Position numbers and translations under genes: made by a program. The notes below the pieces were generated by a model. It was not told the origin of the DNA and did not search any database. It worked only from the letters and a program-made list of their open reading frames with translations. From contig NC_087460.1 of NCBI RefSeq assembly GCF_036321535.1, forward strand, positions 4,712,001-4,776,000: a stretch of 64,000 bases of DNA, in the 5' to 3' direction. Source of the stretch: Camelus dromedarius (taxonomy: Eukaryota). Below are positions 1 to 12,600 of the stretch, in pieces. Numbering within the stretch: the first letter of the stretch is position 1; each line of letters begins with the position of its first letter.

Positions 1-829
1 ACCCCTCCCCCAGCTAAAAAAAGAACTAATTTTCCTATTCAGTTATCATGTCCAAATTCATATGTTTACATATGTATCTGTTAAGTAGAATGAAAGCTAC
101 TGAGAGTCAGGAACTAACCCTGACTTAGTGATTATGTCCCTCCAAATAACCCTGCACATAATGGTTCAGTGTTTATTGAGTAAAAATGTTACATACTGTT
201 TCACATCAAAAACAAGATTGTTTTGTTCTTGAAAACATGATCTTATATATCTTCACAGCAGGAAGTAGTCTATACATGCCTGTTGAATTGAACTATCAAT
301 GTCCTCATCACCAATAATCACACATCCTACTAAAGCATGTGCATGTATTCTTCAGGGCACCTTGCACTTAGCAGAGTCTCAAATATTTTGATTTTCTCTT
401 CTCCAGTCCAACCAAATCATGAAAGGATCCCAGAGTCACTCACACTTCAGACCAACCTCTCCATTCTCACATCCAGCTCCTCTCCAGCCATCCTTGTGAA
501 AACTCATTCCTGTTGAGATCCAAGACTCCCATATACATTTCCATGAGTCCCAGGATCATAATACATGTTCACATAGAGCCATCAATCCATTTCTCCAAAA
601 TCTACTCTTCACTTAACACATGCTTACTAATCTGGCTTCACTTCTGTTGAGCCTTCCAGAAGATGAAGTCCCAGCAAAGACATGAGATGTGACTGAGGTA
701 GATCATGTGCAGATATGGCTGTGGACACTTCCTCACATCCCCGTAATTGCATGCAGCTTCTCTGATCTAAAAAACAAGTACATTTCCACACAGCCTTGAA
801 TCTGGGCTGGGCTGTGATTTATTAAACTG

Positions 830-1773
830 GTAGAATGCAGCACAAATGACACCAAGTCACTTCCTGGCCTATGTCTATCACATCTTGAAGCTTCCACTTT
901 TGCCTTTGGACTCAAGCCTCCATAAAAAGAAGTTTGGGCTAGCTAGACTACTGATTAATGATACCACATAGAAAAAAAAAAAAAAAACACTCAGCCATTC
1001 TAACTGAGGCACTAGACATGTCAGTGAAGACATCTTGGACATTATAGTTCTAACCAAGCTCCCAGCTGGATGCTGGGATTGACCTTCAATCCACACCAAA
1101 TAGCGCAGAATTGCCCCGCTGAGCCCAGATAAACCAGAGAATATGAATTAATAAATTGTTGTTTTCACTCCAACATTCACAGCAGCACTATTTACAATAG
1201 CCAAGACATGTAAACAACCCAAGTGCCCATCAACAAATGACTGGCTTAAGAAGATGTACACGATGGAATATTACTCGGCCATAAAAAAGAATGAAATAGT
1301 GCTGTTTGCAGCAACATGGATCGACCTAGAGATTATCATACTACATGAATTCAGACAGGGAAAGACAAATATATGATGTCACTTATACATGGAATCTAAA
1401 AAATAATACAAATGAATCTATATACAAAACAGAAACAGACTCACAGACATAGAAAACAAACTTATGGTTACAAAAGAGGAAAGAGAGGGAGGAGAAGGAT
1501 AAATTGGGAGTATGAGATTAACAAATACAACTACACATAAAATAGATAAGCTACAAAGATTTCCTATATAGCACAGGGAACTATACTCAACATCTTGTAA
1601 TAACCTATAATGGAAAAGAATCTGAAAAAATACATTAACTGAACGACATTGCTATATACCTGAAATAAATACAATATTGTAAATCAACTATACTTCAATT
1701 AAAAAAATAATAAATTGTTTTCAGTCACTAAGTTTGGGGGTGGATTATTATTTAACAATAGATAATTGAAACA
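830..1773 (+). mobile_element. MLT1-family (ERVL-MaLR) LTR split by the L1
   Basis: MLT1-type 3' end AATAAATTGTTGTTTT...CACTAAGTTTGGGG...CAATAGATAATTGAAACA is continuous across the L1. The 5' limit and subfamily are uncertain. Confidence 0.65.
1165..1712 (+). mobile_element. 5'-truncated L1 (ORF2 end plus 3' UTR)
   Basis: Typical L1 3' sequence (CAATAGCCAAGACATG, AAAAGAATGAAATA, GCAGCAACATGGAT, ACAGACTCACAGACATAGAAAACAAACTTATGG), A-rich end, TSD-like AATAAATTGT(TGT)TTTCA at 1150-1167 and 1709-1723. Confidence 0.85.
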
Positions 1774-1944
1774 GGTACTAACTTTAAAGGACTGGGATCA
1801 AATAAAAGACCTAATCACCATAATTCCTTAATCTTCAAATCCCAATTTGTGTCTGTAAGTAATTTTCTTTAGTTTGCAACGCTACTCTTATAAATGAAAA
1901 GTTTGAATAACTTAAAAAACATATTTCCATTCAATTTCTTCAGG

Positions 1945-2035
1945 TTTTTTTGTTTGTTTGTTTGTTTGTTTTCTTTATGGAGGTACTAAGGATTCAGCCC
2001 AGGACCTCCTTTACCACCGAGCTATACCAACCCCC
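1945..2035 (-). mobile_element. Internally deleted Vic-1-type SINE
   Basis: GAGCTATACC head motif, CCCAGGACC core, (TTTG)n tail. Confidence 0.6.
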
Positions 2036-3938
2036 TCTTCAGGTTTTTCCTAATTCTTGGCACCTATACACTCCAGAGGAGTGTCATTACCATCTGCACT
2101 AGCCAAACTCTGTATTAAATATTTTACACACATAATTTAATTTATTCCTCACACAACCCTAAGACGAAGGTGTTGTATTATTCCTACTTGACAGGCTGGA
2201 AAAAAAAACCAAAAACTAAGGCTCATAGACATTAGCTACTTTGCCTAGGGTCATATAAACAGAGTGGTAGAGCTTGGGTTTAAGTCTAGACCTGACTCCA
2301 AAGGCCATGTTTTTAATCTATAATCTATACTATAGTAGAGACTTATTCACATCAACCTAATAAACCATCCTAAGAAACACAAATAGCACTTTAAAGCCAC
2401 ATAAAAGATTTCTTTAAAAGCAGTACATCAAATATTTTCCTTATTTCATTCTGCAAATATTTATTGAGAGCCTCATATATACTAGGCACTGGAGACATAC
2501 TAAACTTAACCCCAATCACAACACAATTCTAGAAATTGTTGCTACATTTTTCTCCTCTTGATTGAGTAATGTCAACCTTATTTAACTTGATTCATGGCCA
2601 GTGAAATTGTTAAAAGACAAAAAAGCAGAGAGTGCCATACTATGCTTCATTATAGGTAGACCTACCCAGCCATCTCCCAGCACATTCTGTGTCCTCTCAC
2701 CATGCACCACTGATCACTATTCTCTTCCCCACTTGAAACATTATACTTGTTTCTCTGCTTACTGAAATTCAACCTCTTCTATGAAGCCTCTCCTGATTAG
2801 GCCAAATACATTCTCCTGTCTAGGTTATTTATCCTCCAGTCCACATTAGTGGTTTCCAAACACAGCTAATTAAAATCATCTGGCTTTTAAAATTAGAATT
2901 ACCAAAAATTAGAGAAGTTATACTTTCAAAAAGCAAAAGCCTGAAAACAATCTAAAAGTCTATCAAAATGGAACCCACTAAATCATTACAGTACATAATG
3001 TGAGAATATAAAACAATACCTAAGTGCTGTCAATTGAAAATGCACCATGCACCATGAATAGTGTGTATGGAATCCTACTTTTAAAAAAAGAGATAGATAA
3101 ATAGTAAGGCTTATACATACACAGTACATGTTTAGAATTACAAAGAATCTCTTAAGAGTGGTTGCCTCCAAGAAGGTGCATAAAAAAACAAGCTGTGAGA
3201 ATACTTTTCATCTACTTACTCTTTTGTAATTTTAAAATTTGCACTGTATGTCTGTATGTATGGATATATTCTTTGTAATTATTAGGAAAAAAAAAAAAAC
3301 ATGTAAATGCACAAGACTCAGTTCAGCTCTACAGCTGTCAAATCTCTGGGGGCCAGGGACCAGCTTTTGAAACTGTTAAACTACCCAGAGATTCTGATGA
3401 TCAGTTAGGCTTAGGAATCATTCATGCCAACCACCCATATGGTACTTAATGCTTCATATTAAAGTGTACATGTGAGCCTATAACTTTATACCCCTGACTA
3501 TAAAAGCATGGGGGAGGATACATTATACTTTGTTTTTCCTACAGTTCTCAGCTCAGAAAAGATAGCCAATAAATATTTTTTGATAAGAACAGTGCAAAAG
3601 TATAATTCCATTTTTCTATTACATTTCACTCCAGTGTGGAAGGGTTTTTAAAAATACATTTAACATGATGGCACAATGGGGCAATTTAAAGTTATCACTT
3701 TCAATACATGAAGGGCCAAATGTGAAAAGGTGCCAAAAATAATTTTTATTTTTTAAACACCACAGGCATGGTTAGACTCAAAGGGCAAGTGGTGAGTCCA
3801 AACCTAAGGCTATAAGACTTAGGGATGAGTTACACTTCCTAGTTCACATGAATAAGTAAAATAGCATCCAGAGGAAAGTAAAACATGTGGATAACAGATT
3901 CCAAACAAGTCCCATTCCACAGTTCCCAGGTCTCTCTT

Positions 3939-4834
<896 letters not shown>

Positions 4835-4899
4835 TGTTCTCGTCTCTCCTCTACAACAGCCTCCGCAAGGGCACAGCAGTGAGGGCCAGACCTGACCTT

Positions 4900-5900
4900 C
4901 GAGAAGATGACAGGTACGGTCACCGCTGTCCTCACTCCGGCACTAGGTGCGCGCAGCCATCTTGGGCTTTACCCAAGCAGCTCCGGGCGTAGGGCCCGCC
5001 TTGACCCCGCCCCCCAAGTTCCGGTGCAGAGCCGCCTTGACGCCCCGCCACGCCGAGGCGCTTCCGGTCGGCCCGCCGGAAGTTGGGGAGCGCCGGAAGA
5101 GCTGAGGGTCTCGTCTCGTTGTCTGAGGCGCCCCAGAACTGAAATTCAAGAAGACTCACCTTGTCCTGTTTCCTTGGGCGTCCCTCAACTGAGGGAGATG
5201 AAGGTCCAGAACCTGGAACCTAGAGCTTCCTTTCTTTGTGCCCCACAGCAGCTTTGCTCTGTAGCTGTTTTTATTACCCCTGGTCGACAGGGAAGGAAAT
5301 CTGAGGCAGAGAGAGTGCAGTGACCTGCTTGGACATCACATAGCAGAGGAGATGGCGGAACCCGGACCAGAGCCTAAGCCTTCTAACTACCGGCCTGAAC
5401 TTGCCTCCTGTCCTGGGGGTGACTGAATGGGTCACTGTCCCAGGCGCACTGCCACTTCTCAGCTAGGAACCAGGCATCTCTGGCAGGCACCGCCAGAGTC
5501 TCTTCCCCCGCAACTGGGAAAAAGGAGGATCCTGTGAAGAAGGAGGCAACAGGGGACCAGGGGGCGGGGACGGTGGGGGAGCTGGAGTCTAGGCCCCGCC
5601 CTCCCTGGGCTTTCCGGCTCCTCTTCTGATTGGCGGGTCTGTGCAGCGAGCGTCTCCATTGGCTCTCTTGCAGCCGTTGGGATTTGAACTCCACGTTTGT
5701 GGCTTTGCCCGCCGGGCTACGGTCTCCGAGGCGGGTTTTTGCCTCCGCCTGACTGGCATTGGCTGGTTTCTCTGCCCGCCGGTGTGCTGCCTCGCTGATT
5801 GGTGCGTATTGTCCCCACGGTGGCTTTCCCTTAATTTCAGCTCCACAACCCGAGTTGGAGGAACGGCGGGTGAAGTTCTCCCGTAAGGTGTGGTGGTCAG
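4900..5900. promoter_or_regulatory. CpG-island bidirectional promoter shared by MRPL51 and NCAPD2
   Basis: CpG-rich interval between divergent genes. GC boxes (~5006, 5593), ETS/GABP CCGGAAG motifs (~5060-5099), YY1-like GATGGCGG (5351), four ATTGG boxes (5629, 5658, 5758, 5798) and CHR TTTGAA (5683-5688). Confidence 0.85.
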
Positions 5901-6664
5901 GGGGAGCGGGGAAGGAGAGGCCGGGAAAATTGGGTACTGGCCAGTATGACGCGGGTTTTAGCCTGGGAGGTCTAGCAGTCCTTGTGGTACGTCGTGGTAG
6001 AAACAGTCTCGCAGATCCGCAAGGGAATTGGGGCAAATCGCTTAACCTTTCTTAGCCTCAATTTCCTCATCTGCAGATTGAGCTGTATTATTATGCACTC
6101 CATGAGACTGGCGTTTGGAGGATTAGATCAGATACGACACATTCTTATAGCCTAACAGAACGTGGCACGGAGTAAACAAATAATAGTTAATGCTCTTCCG
6201 TTCTGGAGCCAGGAAGTCCATTATCCCATCCTGGGCCACTGTTCTGGGTTCAAATGACACATTCTCCCTATACTTAAGAAGCTTTGCCCGTTAAAACAGA
6301 ATTAATAATGCTACCTTAACGCATCGATATGCCACTTTACAATTATTTAAACACTTTCATACCCCTTGACTCATTTCATCCTCAGGGCAACTTTGTAATC
6401 AGAGATCAGTAACCTTGTTTTACAGATGAGGCACAGGGAACTAAGTGACATGACCAACTTGTATCAGAGTCACAACTGGAATTAGTTTCTAGCCCAGGGT
6501 TTATCTCACACCCTCTAAGATAATGTTATTAGCTTGATGTAAGACTGAAAAGCATTATATATTGGAGGAAAGGAATAATAGAACCAGACAAAAAGACAAC
6601 CCTTAGATGTAGACCCTGACTTACTTACTGTTTGGCTTCCAGCCCTGTGAGCCTGTGGAGAAAG

Positions 6665-9600
6665 ATGTCTCCCCGGCCGTATGAGTTCCATCTGCCCTTA
6701 TCTCCAGAAGAATTGTTGAAAAGTGGAGGGGTGAATCAGTATGTCGTGCAAGAGGTGCTGTCCATCAGACATCTCCCATCGCACCTTAGAGGTAAGACTC
6801 CCCTAGCTGCCACTGTGCCTGGCACTTCAGAACAGCCTTCCCACGTGGAGTTACATCTTCTGTCTGTTCTGTTACACCACTGAGCTCCATGAGAGCAAGG
6901 ATCGTGTCTTTCCTGCCCTTGCTGTTTTCTCCCTAGTGTTGCATTGCATGAAGAATATATTCATTGATCGCCTTCTCTAGATTACTTAGTAAACACTCTT
7001 GGTGTATATGTTACTCTTTGGGGAAAATTTTATTTTAGGTCTTTACTTCTTACCGTAGGCCAAAATGAAGTCCTGGTGGTTTTAAGAGTTGTGGGAGAAG
7101 ATAGCTTTCTCAGAATGTCTGGGACTTGACCTGTTTCAGGTAATACTTTTTTAGAGTCTAGAGCTTGTTTCCAAGAGTTGCAATAATGGGAAAAAGTGTA
7201 TTATATACATAGAGTTGCAACACTGTATCATATATATACAGTGCTGTTGAAACCTATAGATAATGAAGAACAATTCAGGCATTATCAAGATGACCCCATT
7301 CATAATGTCACTGTACTTATTGGAAGTGTCTTGTATCAGTTAGGTTGCTTTGGAGAGTTACAGAGTAGAGATTAAAAGACTATGGAGTTGGGCTGCCCAG
7401 ATTTGAATCCTGGCTCCAACACTCTGACCTCACACAGTTACTTATTCTCTCTGTGCCTTGGTTTCCTCATCTGTAAAGATAGGGGTAATAACCTACTTTA
7501 TTATCTCCTAAAACAAGTAGGGTTGATTAATTATCAAGCAGTGTGATGATATAACTCCAGCTTGTCTCCTCTTGGCCTTCCCCTATTGTTGCCAGATGAC
7601 AGCTCCTTGTTCTGATGCACAGAGGTAGAAAAAGGGATTTTCTTCCTTGTGCTTTTTCTTCTTGTTTTAAAACTATCAGAAGCTTCCCAACAGACTTAGC
7701 CAGGATTGGATCATGTGCCTATTTCCCTAAATAATTACTAGTAAGGGAAATGGAATTGCCCAGATTGGATATATTGATCAAGATTGTTACCTAGAAGCAT
7801 GCCTAAACCTGAACATATCACCATTTGGTAAGCAAGGAAGAGGGCAAGGAGTGGAGGGTGACTGATGGGTGACCAACTGACAGTGCCCACAGACTGTTCT
7901 TTCCCTACTGCGTGGATCTGTGCAGCATCAATGGCACGACCTGTACCCTACAGCAAACTGTTCTTCAGTTATCATTATGAATTACTCTTTTAAATGGATG
8001 ATCACACTCTTTAAGAGTCCTTTTCGTAACAATTGCATTGCTTTTGGTATTTAGAACCCTACATACAAGCTCTACTATAAATATACAAGATCAGATTGTT
8101 TAATGTGTTCAGGTACTTGCTGAAGAGATTCTATGTGCCAGGCACTGTTCTAGGCACTGAGGATACAAGAGTAAATAAAACAGATAAGATGACAAAGTTC
8201 TTTCTCTCAAGGCTTTCAACAAGTAATAAATAAATATGGAGTGTGTCAGATAGATTTAAGTGCCAAGGAGAAAAATAAAGCAAGATGAAAAAATCATGGT
8301 GTGCCTGGATATGCCTGGCATTTTATGTTGGATAATCAGAAGGCTTGCTGATGGTGACATTTGAGCAGAGACCTTGAAAGTGAGGAAGTAGACTCTGCAG
8401 GTTCTCAAGGAAGGGCATTCCAAGCAGACAGAAGAGCCAGTGCTGGGGCTCCGAGGAGGGCAAATGTCAATGTGGGAGGAGTGGAGCAAGCTAGGAGAAA
8501 AGAGGTCAGTTGTGAAGTGGTGCAGAGTACTCCAGAGTCTTGCTCCTCAGAGTGTGGTCTTCAGACCAGCAGTATTAGTATTATGATTTAGGAGCCTATG
8601 AGAAATGCAGGATGAAGACTCATCCCCAAACTACTGAATCAGAAAATCCACTTTTTAAGAACATCCCCAAGGCACTCAGATGTGTTTAAGTTGGAGAAGC
8701 ACTGATCTAGGAAGTTGTAGGTCATGGTAAAGACTTTAGCTTCAGAGAGGGTGTGCTTGAACGCCATTGGGTTTTGAGTGCAGGAGTGACATGGTCTGAC
8801 ATTTTAAAAGTATCACTATCTACTGTGTTGAGCCGAGACTGTAAGGGGCAAGGGAAGAAGCAGGGGACTAATTAAGAGGTTAATGAACTGATGCCAGGTC
8901 ACTTGCCTGGGTAATAGCAGTGGAGATGATTAAGTTAGGTTCTGAGTAAATTTTGAAAGTAGAGCCATCAGGATTGTTGATGGATTGGATTGGATTTACA
9001 GAGTTAGAGAAAGAAGAATCTGGGATGATCACAAGGCTTTTTGACTTCAGCAACTAGAAAAGTGGGTTGTCATTTACTGAGGTGGGGTTGAGTGAGAGGA
9101 GCAGATTTAGACTGTGGGTTATGTGATTGTGGAGTTCAGGGGGAGGTGCCAGCTAATGACACACATTTGGGATTTAGTCTTCAGCACATAGAAGATGTTT
9201 AAATGAGATTGGAGAGAGTATAGATGAAGAAGAAAAGCAATGTGAAGACATAAGACCTAAAATAGTTCAACATTTAGAAGCTGGGAAGGTGAGAAAGAAG
9301 CAGTAGAAGAAACTAAGGACCAGTCACTGAGACAGAAAGTGAACAAAGGGGCTAAATGGAAGCTAAATTAAGAGAACATTTCAAAAAAGAGAGCTCAGCT
9401 GCAGATTTAATTGCAGAACTTAGCGACGTGGCAATTGCTAGTAACCTTAATGAACACTGTCTCAGAGTGGTGGGGTCAGACGCCTGATTGGAATAGGTTT
9501 ATGAGACAATGGAAGGAGAGGGGTTAGAGATGGTGAGTTTAGATAACTCTTCCTGGTTGCTTTGCTTTAAGGAGTAGCAGATAAATGGGGTGGTAGCTAG

Positions 9601-12600
9601 AGGGGGAAGTAGAGTCAAGGGAGGACTTTTTTTTTTTTTATAAAATGGACAACATTACATGTGTATATGCTGAATGGGAATAATCAGAGAGAGGGGAAAT
9701 CTGGTGATGCTGGAGGGACAGGGAACAACTGTTGGAGCAGTATCCTTTAGGGGGTAAGAGAGCATGTGATCTGGCACTTGAGGGGTGGGGAGATGGTTTT
9801 ATTAGAGCATGGACAGTTCATCCTCAGTAGCAAAAGATCAGGCAGAGTATATGGGGGCAGGTGCAGGTAATGCCATTACATACAGAGCTTGAGCAGTTAG
9901 AGGTTCTTTTCTTTCTGATTCTGTTTTCTCAGTAAGATAGAAAGTGAAGCCTTTAACTGAGGGTGAGTTGGGGAAGAAAGGTCTTGATGTTATGAGGCAA
10001 GAAAAGGTGTGAGATAACTGCCCAGAAGAAAACAAATAGGCCTGGAAACTCGTAATAGGCTTACTAAGAAATACTGAGGGTGCACTTGAGGTCGTAAGTT
10101 TAAGGGGAGAATAGTCAGCATGGTTGTGTGTTTTTTCAAGCCACTTTTATTTGTGTGGTTACGTGAATACAGTGAGCAGTCAGTTGGATTTAATCCAGAT
10201 TTACTGGGGGAGTAAATGTGTTACTAATTAGTGGGAAAAATTAGAAACATAATGTCAACAATAGGGGAATAGTAAGTTAAGTTACATTCAATGGAATGTT
10301 ATGCACCGTTAAAAAACTATCACAAAGGTTTTTAGTATCTTTATTGTAATATTAAGTTTTAAAAAGTGTAACAGGGAGGTGAACATGTGATATGACCTTA
10401 GCAATAGAAATAGTATGCGAAGAAAATAAACTGGAAAAAATTAGCCAAATGTTAACAGTGCTTGTTTCTTTCTCATTTTCACTTTTCTGTATTTTCTAGA
10501 TTACAGAAGGAGGTTTGTAAAAGTGGGAAATAGACTGCACATGCTCAGTTACATTGTGTGCTAAGTATTGTCCTGACTGCTTCACATAGATCATCTCACT
10601 TAATCTTTATGAAAAATTCTAAAAAGCCCTGTGGGGTATGATCTGTTATTATTCCCAGTTTACCGAAGGGGAAACTTGTGACTTGGTAAGCTGAGTAGCT
10701 TAGCCTAGTAAATCTTCAAGCCAAATGTAACCTAAACAGTGTGATTAGACTAGATCAGTGGGTAATGCTTCAGAGAAGTAAAGAAGGATGTGAACGGACA
10801 GAATCGCTGGATGCAATAAAAAATAGGTAATGGGTGATCTTTGAGAGAATAGCTGTTGGATTGGGAAATCTCAGAAACTAGGCTTCAGGGAGTTGAGAAA
10901 GATTAGACAAAATTTTAAAGGGATATGGGAACAAAGTCAAATGAAAGGCATTGAGCGTTTTTGTTTTGTTTTAAAAGGAGAGGGGCCTAAGTATGTTGGC
11001 AGGAAAAGAGCATTCCCTGGAAAGGATAAAACCAGAGGTGGAAGAGAGGAGATAAGTCTTTGGGGGCAGTGAGACGGGTTAGCTTTAGAAGAGAAAATCT
11101 TTTCACTTGAGACTGAGGCAAAGAATGGGAAGATGGTGGCAGAATGATTTGTTGGTGGGGAGGTGCGATTGCATGAGGGAGCCCATGCTTTGGGTCTCAT
11201 TCTTTCTGGTAAAGTAGAAAGCAGTCATCTACTAAAGGAAGAGCGGCAAAGGGTAAGGAAAAGTATAAAGAAAGGGCAGAACATGCTATGAGTATAGCAC
11301 TCAGCAGTCAGTAGGAACTGGAGGAATAAAATAGCTTGCTAAACATCACAAAGAACCAGGTTGTAGCTGAGCAACATGACACTATAACACGATGAGTCAG
11401 GTCAGTGCCAGTGGTGATAACGGAGTATGAGGTTCTAGCTTTACTTTGCAGGCAAACCAGCTCAGTCTTGCAGAAAAGAAGAATTTGGTGGAATTCTTTC
11501 CCTCTGCACCCACAGAAAGAGCAGGTGTACAACTTGGTTCAAAAATTACCTGACTTCATGCTGCCTTGCTACTCTTGCATTCTTCTAAGGCATAATTAGA
11601 CATGACTCCCCTTTATACTGAAATTTTTGTCTAGAAGCAGTACCATCAGGATGAAAAGAGCACTGAGTTTGAGAATCAAAAAATGCTGGGTTTTCAAAAT
11701 GTAATACAAGTACAGACGTCCCCCTACTAGATGGTTCAACTTAATGATTTTTCAGCTTTACAGATGGTGCTAAAGTGATACGCATTCGGTAGAAACCATA
11801 TGTGGAGTGTTGAATTTTGATCTCTTCCTGGGCTTGTGACGTGCAGCAGGTGCTCTCGTGGTGCTGGGCGGCGGCAGCGAGCACAGCCCCCAGGCAGCCA
11901 CACGACCACGAGGGCAAACACCTGACACACTCAGCGTCTGTGCCCAGACAGCCGTTCTGGTTTTCACTTTCAGTGCAGCCTTCANNNNNNNNNNNNNNNN
12001 NNNNNNNNNNNNNNNNNNNNNNNNNNNNNNNNNNNNNNNNNNNNNNNNNNNNNNNNNNNNNNNNNNNNNNNNNNNNNNNNNNNNNNNNNNNNNNNNNNNN
12101 NNNNNNNNNNNNNNNNNNNNNNNNNNNNNNNNNNNNNNNNNNNNNNNNNNNGTTTTTTGAGACATAACCCCATGGTAAATCAAGGAAGATCTGTGGTAAC
12201 AAATTAACCCAAGTGTATTACAAATGTCTGGCATAATCACACTAAATAAGAAAATAACTAACCTAAATAACTATGCAACACAGTATTTTGAATGTATACT
12301 GTATACAAAGAACTTTACACAATTAGCAAATGGTAGTTAGTAAGTTTATTTTTTGTTTTGTTTTGGGATTTTTTGGGGGGTAAGTAATTAGGTTTATTTA
12401 TTTATTTAAATGGCGATTCTGGGGATTGAATCCAGGACCTTGTGCATGTTAAACAGGCACTCTACCGCTGAGCTGTATACCCTTCCCTCTAGTAAATTTG
12501 TTTTTAAAGGGGTGTTAGTTAGCAATTCTGAAACTGCCTTATGTGTGTACTAGGATTAAGCAAATATATATATGAACTTATATTTTTAATATATACACAG

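Noticed and set aside
330-760. Possible ancient LINE endonuclease remnant on the minus strand (GDF- and LDL-like codons)
   Set aside because: Too degenerate to assign without a profile search.
5352-5426. 24-codon plus-strand ORF with a good start context (MAEPGPEPKPSNYRPELASCPGGD)
   Set aside because: Lies upstream of the likely NCAPD2 start region, and the ATG is better explained as part of a YY1 motif. It would matter only if CAGE shows a TSS before 5350.
5383-6036. 217-aa minus-strand ORF in the bidirectional promoter
   Set aside because: Lies in the CpG island and NCAPD2 intron 1; no homology recognised.
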